A stretch of DNA of 63,999 nucleotides, the filler included, from Basidioascus undulatus (lineage: Eukaryota): NCBI GenBank assembly GCA_000826855.1. It is 10 parts of 10 records of this genome, joined end to end, with 100 filler letters (N's around TTAATTAATTAA, not from the genome) between each part and the next. Parts side by side here need not be neighbours in the genome. Positions count along the whole stretch, not along the records: positions 21,737 to 46,972 come from JTLS01000220.1; positions 47,073 to 51,306 come from JTLS01002200.1; 8 more parts are not named here. One strand, 5' to 3'. The stretch's first letter is position 1. Every line of letters begins with the position of its first letter. A model generated the notes under the pieces. The model was not told the DNA's origin. It did no database searches and worked only from the letters and a program-made list of their open reading frames with translations. Shown piece after piece: positions 35,260-47,849 of the stretch. The position numbers and the translations under genes are program-made.

Positions 35260-37330
35260 TCACTTCATGCCCTTCCCCTTGCCGCCTCTCCACTTTGCGC
35301 GCCCGCCCCACGCCTGGCCCCGCGCCTCCTGGATGTCGCCATACTTGCGCTTCGCGTACCGCCGCGCCTCGGCGTCATCCACTAGTTCGTCCACGATTGA
35401 GCGCTTCCCGCGCGCGCCTTCGCCCGCGCCGACGGCGAGCGACTGGCCCGCGTTGCGCGAGGGAAGGATCTGGCCGATCTATTTCGCACAACCCATCAAG
35501 AAAATGCAATCAGCACGCGCCCAAAAAGACGAAGAGGGGAGAGAGACAAGAACGAAGACGCACCGCAAAGTACTTCCCGACCTTCTCGCCCGCCTTGCCG
35601 CCCTTGTAGAAGCGCTTCGGGTCGAGCGCATTCCGCAGCTGAAGCGCCTCCGCCTCGCGCTTCCACTCGGGGAGGAGCGCCGCGGGCGGCGCGGGGAGGT
35701 CGAACCAGTCGGGGCCGGCGGTCGCTTCCTTCGCCTGCGGGCGAGAGGTTGCGCGTGAGTATCCTTGCGACCGAAACAAGACCGAAATAAACGAAACGTT
35801 GCGAGGGAGAAGGGAGGATAAGGATGGGGGAAGAGAGAGTAATGGGACTGGGAGAAAGGAGGAAGACGAAACCCGCAACTCACCTCCCGCTTCTCCTTCT
35901 TCGACGGCTTCACGCCCGCGCGGGCGTCCGGCCGACCAGCCATCGACAGCCCCTCGAACGCGCGGTCCGCCGCGCGCTCAGCAGCGGTCTTGATCTGCGC
36001 CGCGCACTATCCCGTCCCGTCAGTTCCGCCCAACCGCAACCACCCCGCGACGGGAAACGCACCTCCGCGTCAGCGAGGCCCCCGGCAGGCTTCTTCTCCT
36101 TGCCCTTGCCCTTGCCCTTCGGACGCAACGGCGGAAGGGCGTTGAGCTCGAGCGTGGACGTCAGCCTCGGGATCGGCCTGTAAGTCCCAGCAGCCCAGAT
36201 TAGCATACCACTTCCTCTCTTCCGCTACCGGAAGAAACGAAAGAGAAAGAGGAAACGCACTTCGGCCCACGCCCCTCATCCTCCCCCATCTGGTCAAGCC
36301 GCACCACATCCTCGTTCGCCTCGAGCGTCCCGCGCGCGACGGCTTGCAACGCGAGGTTGGACCGCGCGCGGGAGAGGAGGGCGTCGAGGTCGGGCTCGAA
36401 CTGCTCAGCGTCGGATTCGGATTCGGAAGAGTCGGATTCAGAGTCGGAAGAGTCGGATTCAGAGTCGGAGGAGTCGGAAGCGGAAGCGGAAGAAGAGGAA
36501 GAGGAAGAAGCGGCAGAGGAAGCACCGTCGTCTTCGTTGTCGTCGTCCGTAGGCAGCGAAACGTCCGCATCCACTTCCATCGCCTGTACGGGCGCGGGGG
36601 CGGGAGGAGTGAGCGAGCGGGGCGTAGGGAGGTCGGCAGTCGCTGTGGCGGCGAGCTCGGGCTCAAGAACAGTGGGAGCGGGGGAGGGGGCGGGGACAGG
36701 GCCGGGAGTGGGAGTGGGCGAACCGGGCGGGGTAAGGTCCGAGGTCGCTGGGGCCGGCTCGGGCTCGACGGGGAGGGAGACAGGCGTGGGGCTGGGCGTA
36801 AGGACAGCTGGAGCGGCAGACTCCTCCCCCGCCTCCTCCGCCTCCGCCGCAATCTCCTCCGCCGACGCTGCTGGAGTCACAGCGTCCTCCTCCGCCGGGG
36901 GAGCCTCGGCAGCGGGAGCGGGTGTGGTGTCAGCAGGCGTTGCGGCTGCCTCGTCCGCCGGCGCAGCTTTGTCGATCGTCGAAGCCTCAACAGCGGGCGT
37001 CGTGGACTCCTCCTCCTCCGACTTCTGCTCAGCCATCGACGGTGCAGCCTCCGCCTCCGCCTGTACCGACGCCGGCGCCCGAGTCGGTGCAGGTGTGGGC
37101 GTACCCGGCGTCGAGTCCTCCACAGCCTTCTCCTCCCTCGCCTGCGACTCCTCCTCGGCCTTCACGCTCTCCTCCGGGATAGAAGGCTGCATCTCGAAGA
37201 CCTCCTTCTTCCTGCTCCTCCTCGAAGAGCGGGACGGCGTGGGCGCCTCCTCGGGGGCGGGCGACGGCGACGGTGCCGGGGACGGCGACGCGGATGCGGC
37301 GATCGCGGCTGCGCGGCGGGTGAGGACCAT
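35260..37330 (-). CDS. FCF2: Pre-rRNA processing protein Fcf2 with long acidic low-complexity N-terminus
   Basis: C-terminal TAGPDWFDLPAP...KREAEALQLRNALDPKRFYK...KYFA|IGQI...RSIVDELVDDAEARRYAKRKYGDIQ. Confidence 0.93.
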
Positions 37331-38750
37331 CGTGGGCGGGGCGGGATCTGAGGTGTGTACAAGAAAGAATCTGTGCAAGATCCAAGACCCAAGACACGAG
37401 CGTGTTGTGTGAGGTCGGCGCCGGAGGGTGAGCCACAAGATTTGGAGTTCCAGGCGAGATTGGCTGAGCCATTGCCGCGAGCAGAATGAATTTGCGGGAC
37501 ACGGCTATCGGGGATTTGGGTTGCCGCACGTGATGAGATGAAGGGGGGGAGGTGGGCAAACAACTGTGTGGGCACCGTGTGATTTATTCTGGTTCGGCAG
37601 CATATATGTACACATTAGTTCCTGTATTAGAAGCCATTTTACTCATGCGATATCTTTTCAAAATATGGAAGGACGTGCAGAACCGGACATCTACTCGTCG
37701 TTCCTGCGAACAGGTGCAACCGGACGCCCATCAGGGTGAGAGTGCTCCATCGAAGAGACCGGTATTTCTCTTTTCAACTCTTCACAATCATTGTGAATTA
37801 TACAGAGCTGTCACGTCTGGGCATCCAGAACCCTCTAGAGGGTGCGGAAGTACCATTGACAGCACACGTAGTTGCGGCGCCCTCGGCTGTTCTCCTTCGC
37901 TCGAACCACTATCTTTCATCCTTCGGGATAATCTCCATAAAATTAGTATGTTGGAAAAGGCATCGTCGTGTAGCTAGGTCCTGTGCTCGCTGGAGAGCTA
38001 CGGGCTCCGCAAACCGCCTTCGGGAAGCCCTCAAAAAGGTCAGGCAACCCGGCTTCGTCGACCAACGTTGACCTGCCTATCATGCCTGAGCTCCAGACAA
38101 AGGTGTGCGGGCACTATTCTCACATCCAACCACTAAGTATAAACCGCTTTGGAACAAGATGTTGGAGGGAAAATACCATCGTGAAGGAGTTGACGCCGGA
38201 AGGCGAAATTTCGGTTGCGGCAGCGTGTAATCCGGTGTTGCCTACCAGTGGCTCCTCTTCCACAGATCTTCCCGCTTGCTTAGGCTTTGGGCGTGAATAA
38301 TTTGTCTTTTTTTACCATAAATTAAGGCTGTAAGGCTGCGCCGAAGACTGGGGTAGGGCGTTGAGCTCCAGGGTGGCAACAGCGACGCGGAGTTGTTGCC
38401 ATGATCGCAAGCTGCCCGAGTGGCTGGACTGCACTGATTTACAGGTACATTGCTGTCCCTGTAGTCACACTCGGTTCTACATAGCGACTTCTGTGTGGGA
38501 ACTCTGGTATCACTATTTCGTTCCTACTCTGATGCAAAACAAAACGCAGCGGCAGCCCAATCGATGGACGTGCAAACAAGTCAATGCAATTGCAGGTAAT
38601 GGATCCTATGCAGAAGTGAAGACAAATGAGGATTGTCCATGGTATGCTTGTAAGGGCGGAAGCCGAGGGGAGGACTACAGAAGTGGGTGAGGCAAGTGCG
38701 AAGGCACCCGCGCGAAGGCGAGCGTCTATGGCGAGAGAACGTCTAGTGCA

Positions 38751-40875
38751 TTACGCAGAACCAGATGCAGCCTGCTTGGCCGCCTCATCCTTGTACACGC
38801 TGAAGACGACGCGCGCGTACCGGTTCAGAGAGGGGACGCCGTTGTCGGACACGTGCAGGACGACATGCCAATAGCGGACGGTCGGGTTCGGCTCGAGCGC
38901 CCACGCGATCGGGGCGGGCATGGCGATCGTCGCGGTCGCGGTGCGCTCATTGTGATGCTGGACCAGTAATCTGCCGGAATATGACAGAGGAGAATTGCGG
39001 AAAGAGAGCGACACACCTGGAGAGCAGTCGGCTCCTTGTACTGGAACCAGTTGAACTGAAGCTTGTTCCCGTCGGGGTCGGTCGAGGCCGGAGCGTCCAG
39101 GGCGACGTTTTGGCCGGCGACGGCGTCGATGCGGATGGGCTCGAGCGTGTCGAGGCCGTTTGACAGTCACCTCCGGCGGGTGGTTCGTGTCGGCGTACGA
39201 ACCCGTCAGAGTCCACCTATAAAAACGGGAAACAGTGATCAGTGTCTCTAATTATAAAGCGGAAAATATTCCCGGAAGAGAGATCTGTAAAGTGGAAAGG
39301 GCGTTGACGCACTGGATGCGAGCCGCAAAGTCGTTCTGGATCGCCTCGCGCCAGCGCCAGATGGTATAGCCTGGCTAGAAATGCGCTGGCGCCCGTCGAA
39401 GCGGATGACGAGGCGGTCGTTGGCGTCGGAGTAGAACTTGGAGTTCTCGTCCGCGAGACGGTAGAGACCGCCCCAGGAGCCGTACATCGGGTCCTCCGGG
39501 AGGCCGAGGCCGGGATGATGTAGAGAAAGGACGGCGTGTCGCCCTCCGGGATGAATTGCTGGGAACCGACGGAACTGGGGTGAGCCGAGAGAGTAAAAGT
39601 CATAGGGGAGAAGACTGCAAAGTGAACGCACGAAGTCAATGTACTTCTTGCCGAGGAGGCCAAGCTGGACATTCTCCTTGATCCGCTCGCGGGTGACCAG
39701 GGAACGGTCGGGGCCGTCGAAGCCTGCACCAGCGGGAATCGTGAGCTCCAAAGTCAAAATGAAGCTGAGAGGAACGTAGTAAGAGTCACCAGCAAGACCC
39801 GTCCAGGTGGCACGCGCATCTGATAGAAAAATGTAAAGAAACAGTCAGCAATGTCAGACGGCGCAATCAGTGACGATGCAGCCAGCGTTGTTAGATGCGA
39901 CTTACATTCGTTCTTCCCGTGGGCAGAGGCAATGTAGAACATCTGAGGGTACCAGCGGTGGATCCAAGGGACCGGAGTCGTCGTGCGGTGAAGAGGGTGA
40001 CGTTCATAAGTAAGAAGGTCGAAGGACGACAGTGACTTCAGCTGTTTAAATGACGATTGGTAACGAACCTGGTCACTGATAGCGTACACCCTGAGCTTGC
40101 TCATGAACGTCTCGACCTCCTCGGGCGTGCGCGTGGCGTTGACCTTCCACATCGCCTGCGCGAGGACGTTGGCGCCTCTTCACGCGGTCACCCACACCGG
40201 CCGGTTGTACTCGTCCTCGCGGTAGACAGCCGCAATGAGGAGCTCGGACCCTTCGGAGTCGTGGCCCTCGCCGACGCCGGCGAGGCCGTAGAGCGGGACG
40301 CCAGAGACCGTCACGTTGCGGAGGGCGTCGGCGGAGGGCCAGCCGGTCGCGTGCGCCTCGAGGTTAGAGAGGACGGGAACTCAGCCGTTGTCGATCACGT
40401 CGATCACTTGCTCGACATGCGTGGCATCCCTGGAACAGCCAGCGAACAGGACATGAACTAGGGTAAGCTCGACGTACGTGAGCCAAGTGGAAGTAACAGC
40501 AACGATTCCTTCAATGTCGAACTCATACGAGTAAAGCTGGAGGCGAACGAGCGACTCCGCATCACTGGTGAACGCGAGGAAGAAAATCAGCGACGTCCGG
40601 AGGCTGCCTGCCGTCGCCAGTGCGCCCAGTCACTCACTTCGGCTCGTTGTTGATGTCGGAAAGCACAACCACTCGCGGCTTGTACTGGTTGGGGAACGTC
40701 TCGGCGGAGGTGTTGCGTCTAGCCTGCTGCTGTCCCACTGCGGGCCACGCAGCGCTGCTGGGGACAGCAAAAGCGCTCGCGCTAGCCGTCAAGCCGGCCA
40801 GCGTAGCTAGAGGAAGGAAGCGAACGGGAAGATAGTGGTAATCAGGTGAGGTGACAAGAGCGAGGAGGAGATCAT
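38751..40875 (-). pseudogene. DUF1593 (nucleoside-hydrolase-like/Sde182-type) secreted protein, multiply frameshifted
   Basis: KPRVVVLSDINNEP, DAESLVRLQLYS.EFDIEGIVAVTSTWL, SKLRVYAISDQ, EGDTPSFLY, GSWGG, IWRWREAIQNDFAARI, WHVVLHVSDNGVPSLNRYARVV; frameshifts near 39510 and 39367, stops in the signal-peptide region. Confidence 0.85.
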
Positions 40876-42689
40876 GAGCACATCAAGCCTGGGTACGGAC
40901 ATGTAGCTCCGATTGAACATCAACAAGCTACACTTCACCACTTCGTGTTTTCCAAGTACGGAAGTACGGAAATTTTGACTAGGGCGAGTGGCGCAGGTAC
41001 CCCCGGGGGACTACCCGCGTGGGACTCAGGCACAGAGTATTGTGTGCACTGCGCTTGATTCGCACGGTTTTAAAGGTATGTACATGCCAGGTGTTAAAGA
41101 AACTGCAAGGTCGGGACGGGGAGGAGGCCGAGCGCGAGACGAAGAAGTGGAGACTTTAGGAGACCCTCGCGGACCGGATCTCGAGTCGAAGGGATCCAAC
41201 GTGAGTTCTGGGTGCTTCGATGCACTGAGGTACATTGAGGTAGACAATTGTAGACGGAGAGGTGCAGTACACTGTGTACAGTAAAGCGATTGCGAGCATG
41301 AAAGACTTTTTGACGTTGGTACGTAGCGCACTTACGTTCCTGCAGTCGGATCTTGTGCATCGATTCTGGTCTGTTCCCCACACCTCGGTCTCATCATGGC
41401 TGATTCATCGTCAAAGTAGTCAATTGATCGTGCATGTCTGCGCCTGTGTTGGTACGTGAAGTATCATGTGGTGTCCGCGCTTTGGCCTCTGTGTGAAGTC
41501 TCACTCTCGTTGTCACCGCTGTGAAGCTGCTGTGCGCATGCAACCGCACCGCTTTGCCGTGGGCTGCCGTAATCGCACAAGCAATATCGCTTCGTCTTTC
41601 TTCCCCCGGAGGTTTTTTGGGCCGCCGACTAGAGTGAACTGTCGACGTCGAAGTCCATAGTCGAACCATGATGGCATGGACAGCGTGGTGAATCACGTCC
41701 AGTATCTCCACATTAATACACTAACTAGATCCATGCTTTCTTCGGTTCCACTTGCCTTCATCTTCCTTGCTCCCAAATCATTCTCGTCTCCTCATCTGCT
41801 TTGAGCCATCTCCATGGCCGACGACTTCAAGACCAGATTCCTTTGGGATATCTGGAATATACTTGGGGAGATCTGGCGGGTTCTGTTTGGGATAACACTT
41901 TGGCACTTCCCAGCGTGTAGGGGTGGGCGCCACTTGAGATCTGACCGGCGCTCCTGTAGGCATGTCTTGAGCACGGCGGGCTTCGAAGTGGGGCTGTTGA
42001 CCGGGCGCAGGCAGTTCAGATGGCCGATGGTGCTGTGCAAGTCACGTTCTCCTTGGTGTCTGGAAGAAGACCATTCATTCGATTCGATCTGAAGGATTTC
42101 TCCTGCAATTCGACAGGCTTCATTGCGAAACTGTCAATACTTGGGTTGGGGATCAGTTGGTGCGTAGTGGCTCCGCTGGTTTATTCCAGTGTGTGGCCAA
42201 GATCAATTGCATCGCAACAGTGCAATTGCGGAGGCGTTTGGTCTGTAAGCCTCTTCCTTACAGAAAACCAACGCTTACTCGGTTAGAGCTCGGACGGAGA
42301 GACGCTCACAACTAATGTGCAGTGACACCGTGGAGAAATGTGACATGTGGACGCGCAGCCAGCGAGTGAGTTCTATGCAGGCTCGTCCTCATCTTTGTCG
42401 CCCATCAACCCGTGGATTCTGAATGCTTAATAGATTCTCTCCGGTCTGGCCACAACGTCCGCGACTGCTATTCTTGCTGGCCGTGCCATCGCTATGTGCG
42501 TGTCTCGCCCAACATCGCCGCCTTGATACCCTCCCCATCCGGGACACTCATCATCCTTCACACAGCTGGAAGAAACAAGCCATAATTTGGGTACCCTTGA
42601 CGGTCTTACTCCTAGGCCAGCTCGCGTTTGATTCACAAATTTCTATGTTCTCGTCCGTCTGAAGCTGACTTACGTCGACTTCTGCAGTG

Positions 42690-44020
42690 TGGTTGGCCAG
42701 TACGCACCTCCGCTACGTTGTGCGGATGGTCATTGTGCTGACCACCGACGTGGGTCACAGATACCGAGGGATCCATTCGATATCCCCAAACATCCCCAAA
42801 CATCTGCGTCAGTATTATCACACAGGGGTCTCTAGTCAGCAGTGTAACCTAGTCCTACGGATCCAACGATCGATTGAGCTGTGCGCTGAACATTATGCGA
42901 CGACCGGACAGATCTACATTTAGGGCAAGGGCCTCTAAAAAACAGTCTCCCAGGTCTTTGTTAAAACCCAGGCCAAACAGGGCTTATCTTGGACATCACC
43001 ATATTTGCTCTTTGCGCTGGGCGTCTTCTCAAGCTCCGCATCGATGCGGGTTTCCAGACCGGGGTGAGTCTCTTACATGCCCGTTCAAAATTAAGGCTAC
43101 TCTCAATATCAAGTATGACTTACGGTCTCCAAATTGCAGGATATCACTCGGATCCTCATTCATCAAGGACTGGTCTACATTACCCTCGTGATGCTCCTCA
43201 ACATCATTCACATTGTTCGTTCGATCTGCCCGTACCACCGGCTCTAGCAGCGGACGACCTCAACATCTGACTCTCAAGTTGCTTCTGCAGGTGATCCTTC
43301 AAGTTGGTAGTACCTACGCCAACGCGGCGATGTCAGCAAGTAGTCTTCCCCTCCCGAAGCGTTTCCGCTTTCCGCTCGGCTGACGCCCGTTTCTCATCAT
43401 GGACCCCCAGAACCTCGTCCCGCTCGGCTCGGTCATCTCTGCAACCACCGCCTACCAGCAGCTGTCCAACTTTAACAACTTGTGAGGATCTCTTCGAGCT
43501 TATTCCTTTCTCTATCAGACAGCTGACGCGGGTACGACTTCACCACGCCCAACAGCTCCGAGCACAGCTCGAACCGCGAGAACTCTCGCTCCCAGTCTCG
43601 GAAACCGTAGGTCGATCTAAACTCCCGTATTCCACCTGTTGAAGCCTTACTGAGGAGCTGCGATTGTGACGTGGGCTATAGAAGCACCGGTCCAGCACTC
43701 ACCTACACCGCTGGACGCTCCCAGCTTGCGTCGCATCCCAACCGTACGTAGTGGTGTTCGCTCTCTATATTCCGCACCACGGCCCATAAACATGGCCGCC
43801 GTTACGGGGGCGATCAATTTCAAGGTAAGGGTGCCTCATGGCCCACCCAGCAGCTCGAAAGTTTTCTAAAATCGGGGGATCCACAGGTCAAGCTCGACCA
43901 GTACTACATCAACGACAACGACAAGAACGGACCCGCTGACGGAGTGAGTCGCAATTGATCTCTCTGGCTTTCTTCATGAGCTTCGGCTGCTAACTCCTGC
44001 ATCGAGAAAGGTTGATAAGG
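42690..44020 (+). pseudogene. Exon remnants of an unidentified, possibly membrane, protein
   Basis: Short segments flanked by AG/GT (LRIDAGFQTG, DITRILIHQGLVYITL, VKLDQYYINDNDKNGPADG) that could not be joined into a clean frame. Confidence 0.25.
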
Positions 44021-45360
44021 CCTCGACGTTCGAGACTCGCTGCCAAAAGAGCTTGTACAGCTTTCTCACACCCTTTCATTCCTTTAGTCCCAATTCTGTG
44101 TTCTCTCCTAAATAACTTGGGTCTGTCGCTCGTTGCTTCTATTCCCATACTTTCTGGCATTGTCATCTTGAGCGTTCATCCTTATCCACTTTCAATTTCG
44201 TGCGAGGTGCTTCCGCAGTCTGGTCCATACAGCTTGGATTAGCAAAGACTCAAAAACCGAGCGTGCAGTCAGTTGATGGACAATATTGAAGCCTGAAAAG
44301 CCAGTCTCTGTATGCTGTGCCACTTTGTTGTTCTTCTTGAGACTGATACACAGTCTGCAGCGGTGGACGGACGCATCTGTCATTCGAGCACGCAGACCGA
44401 GGGACAGACACTCCCATTGCACGGCGACTGCCATTGTCACGCTCTTCTCAAGATTTTGACCTACTAGTGAGCAATCACTCATGCAAAGAACTCTAATTTG
44501 GCATACAAGAGGGTTATTTACATATGAATGGAGACTTTCAAGAAGAGGAGGAAGCAGACTTCACAATCACAGCTGCTCAGGAGATCGAGACGAGGTCAAC
44601 TCGTGCTGCGTGCGTAAGCACTTCGCAATTCTCAACGTAGGCTTCTGCTTTCCAGTTCACGGATTTTCATAGCCTAAAAAGATCTTCAGAATTATATGCT
44701 GGTGTACAGGAATTAGGCCAATGTCGCTTATTGAGGCGAGGGATGGTGGTGCCTCTTGAGCACATGCTCCAGGGTCAGCGCATCGGCCACCGTCAAACTT
44801 CATTATCATCCAGACCGGCGCGGCCTGTGGAGTATGTCAAGAAGATCCGGGAGAAAGTATGGTCAACGGGTTGCTATAAAGCCCACTGCAACAGCGGGTG
44901 TCTGGCAGGTGAGTCTGCCCACCGCATCTTGAACGACTCCCCAAGAGTGTCTGTGAGTATGCGCTTAGAGCCCCAAAAGGTATACAGACTAATTATCCAA
45001 ATTCCTTTCCCGCAGAAGAGATTGAAACACTGGCGATGGGTCTTGGGAGGCAGCTGCAGTCTGAAGCGGGTCCCCGCCTTTCACCAGCCGCCTCACCAAC
45101 GCTTGGATGCGCTTTCGCTTAGAACCGTTTGCATTCCAAAGTTTGAGGTCACCAAGGCACCTGTGCTCTTCGAGATGAATCGTATTGAAAATGAAAGTAA
45201 GTCGGAGCCAGCAGCGGCATCTGAAGCCGCAAATAAACGCACTGCGAGCGCCCTGACACGTCGACCGCGCGTCTTCCTTTCTTACTTTGCCCTCTGCCTT
45301 CTCGTCCTTCTCACCTCCTTCACCGCCCCTCTCACCGCCCATGCTTCCCACCCACATACT

Positions 45361-46972
45361 ATGACCGTCCCGCCGCCGCCCCCCGCGCCCCCACCGCGCC
45401 CCCTCCCCCGCTGGTTCCTCGCGCTCCTCCCCCTCGCGCTCTCCCAGCTCATCCAGCCCATCTTCGCGCCCTCAGACAAGAAGCTCAGCGGGCTGGAAGG
45501 CACGTTCGGGTTTGCAATTCTCGCGTTCCTTGGGACGCTCTGGGGCGTACCGAAGATCGCTGGGGAGTTTTGGAAGGCGGGCATGAGGGGGAGGGATCTG
45601 TTGAAGAGGGAGGGGTGGGTGATGTGAGTCTGCCTCCCTTCCGTTTCTTTGGTCGGCTGGGAGGCTAAGCTTCATAATCTTGCATTTTCCTCTTCGCCAG
45701 CCCCGAATCGCTCGGCCTCGTTCCTTCGACGCTCTACATCCTCCTCCTCTTCCTCTTCATTCCCTTCCCATTCGCCGAGCATCTCTCCCAGCCGCTGCGA
45801 AGCGCGGACCCTTCAACCCCGGCCATCCCCTTCCCACACCATAAGGTACTTTTCCTCCCGCTATTCCTCCATCTTCCCTGCCAGGCTGAGCGTTCCACTC
45901 CAGCTATCTGAATACCTCTCCGCTCTCCTCTCCCTCCTCACCGCCACGCTCCTCGGCTTTCTCGACGACGTGTTCGACATCCGATGGCGGTACAAGCTTC
46001 CCATCCCAATCATCGCGTCTATCCCGCTGCTCATGGTCTACTGGGCTGAGCGGTTCGTACCCCCCGCCCTTCTCATCTCTCTCGCCCCCTGACGCTCATC
46101 TCCTTCCAACCCCACATCCCAGAGGCGGGACAGACGTAGTCATGCCCATCCCACTCCGGCCCTACCTCGGAAAGATCGTCTCCCTCGGTGCCTCTTCACT
46201 CACTCTTCCCTATCTTCCCCAAGCTGAGTGAACTTTGTCTGTCCGGCCAGGACCCCTCTACTACCTCTACATGTCCCTCCTCTCGACCTTCTGCACAAAC
46301 AGCATCAACATCCTCGCGGGCGTGAACGGAATAGAGGTCGGCCAAGCGCTCATTATCGCGCTCTCCGTCGCGCTCAACGACGTCCTCTACCTCCCCGTGC
46401 GCTGGCCGCTCGCGCTCCTCCCCGCTTCCGCGCCGCAGTCCCTCCGCGAGCTGGCCCAGGAATGGGCGAGGGGCGGACTGGCGAGGGGGAGCGTGGAGCT
46501 TTGGGAGAGGCACCTCTTCAGCCTGTACTTCATGCTCCCCCTCGTGGGCGCCGCGTTAGGGCTCCTGTACCATAACTGGTTCGTCCTTCTCCCTTTCTCC
46601 TTGCTCATTCCCTCTTTCTCCATCCTTAACCACCCCTCATCCTCTCTATCTCGTCCCCCCGCCCCCAAGGTACCCAGCGCGTGTCTTCCCCGGCGACACG
46701 TTCTGCTACTTCTCCGGCATGGCCTTCGCCGTCACCGGCATCCTCTCGCACTTTTCCAAGACCCTCCTCTTGTTCTTCCTCCCTCAGATCTTCAACTTTC
46801 TCCTCTCAGCCCCGCAGCTCTTCGGGCTCGTTCCTTGCCCGCGGCACCGCCTACCGCGGTCCGTCTTTTCCCTCTTCACCTTTCCTCCCCCTCCCACCTA
46901 CTTATTTCCTCCACCCTGAAGGCTCGACCCTCCTCGCCGCCGTACGCACCGTCTACAACGTCTTTCTCCTCG
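45361..46972 (+). CDS. ALG7: UDP-GlcNAc:dolichyl-phosphate GlcNAc-1-phosphotransferase (3' end cut by contig edge)
   Basis: GRDLLK..PESLGL...[28 protein letters not shown]...[19 protein letters not shown]...[43 protein letters not shown]...PCPRHRLP. Confidence 0.97.
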
Positions 46973-47072
46973 NNNNNNNNNNNNNNNNNNNNNNNNNNNN
47001 NNNNNNNNNNNNNNNNTTAATTAATTAANNNNNNNNNNNNNNNNNNNNNNNNNNNNNNNNNNNNNNNNNNNN

Positions 47073-47313
47073 GGATGCGAGGGTGCTGGAGGAGGGGGTG
47101 GTTACAAGGTTGGAGCTGGGTGGGGAGAAGGGGGAGGGGAATGGGGAGCTGGTGGGAAGGGAGAAGGAGGTGGAGGGGGAATGGGAGCAAGGACAGAGGC
47201 TGTTGAGGCATGCGAGGAGGACGGTGAGGGGCCTTTATGCGGTGCCGGAGACGAGGAGTCGGAAAGGACAGAGGGCGGCGAGGGAGGGCGCCGGGGAGGA
47301 GGGGCTCAACTAG
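47073..47313 (+). CDS. 3' end of an unidentified gene
   Basis: Open G-rich frame from the contig start to TAG at 47311-47313, with composition like other last exons in this genome. Confidence 0.35.
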
Positions 47314-47849
47314 GACTTTTGGATGGCTTGAGTATGCGCTCAGTGTGCACGGTGAGTGATCAGCTGCAGGGTGGATGCGGATAGCGGGGGCGACATGGCG
47401 ACCGAGTGCTTGGAAGTTGGGGGGCCTCTGGGCCGTTCTGTTGGAATCGTCAGGACTGTCCACCTCAGGGATGTGCTTTGCATTTCAGCCCAGCCTTTCG
47501 TCATCCTTCTTCTGATGGGAAGGACCTCTTTTTTTCTTTTCTATACGGCGAGAACGACCCGAGGAACAAGAACGCTCATGCTGCAGCCTGCGCACAGCCT
47601 CTAACGTCGCTGTGGTACAGTCTCTCCTTCAGAACGCACACTCCTCAGTTTCACTTTGAGTGACCCGGACATTTCCTTGGGCCAGAAGCAGCGCGAACAC
47701 GTAAAAGAGGGTACTCTGCATTTTCTCCGATTCCGAACAACAAAGGAGATACCTGCTCACCTGTGACAGCGCGAACCGCAACTTGCCGACCCCTCTTTTT
47801 CACCTCTTCCTTCCTTTCCTCATCGCTAACCGCCTTGCCGCCCTTTTTG

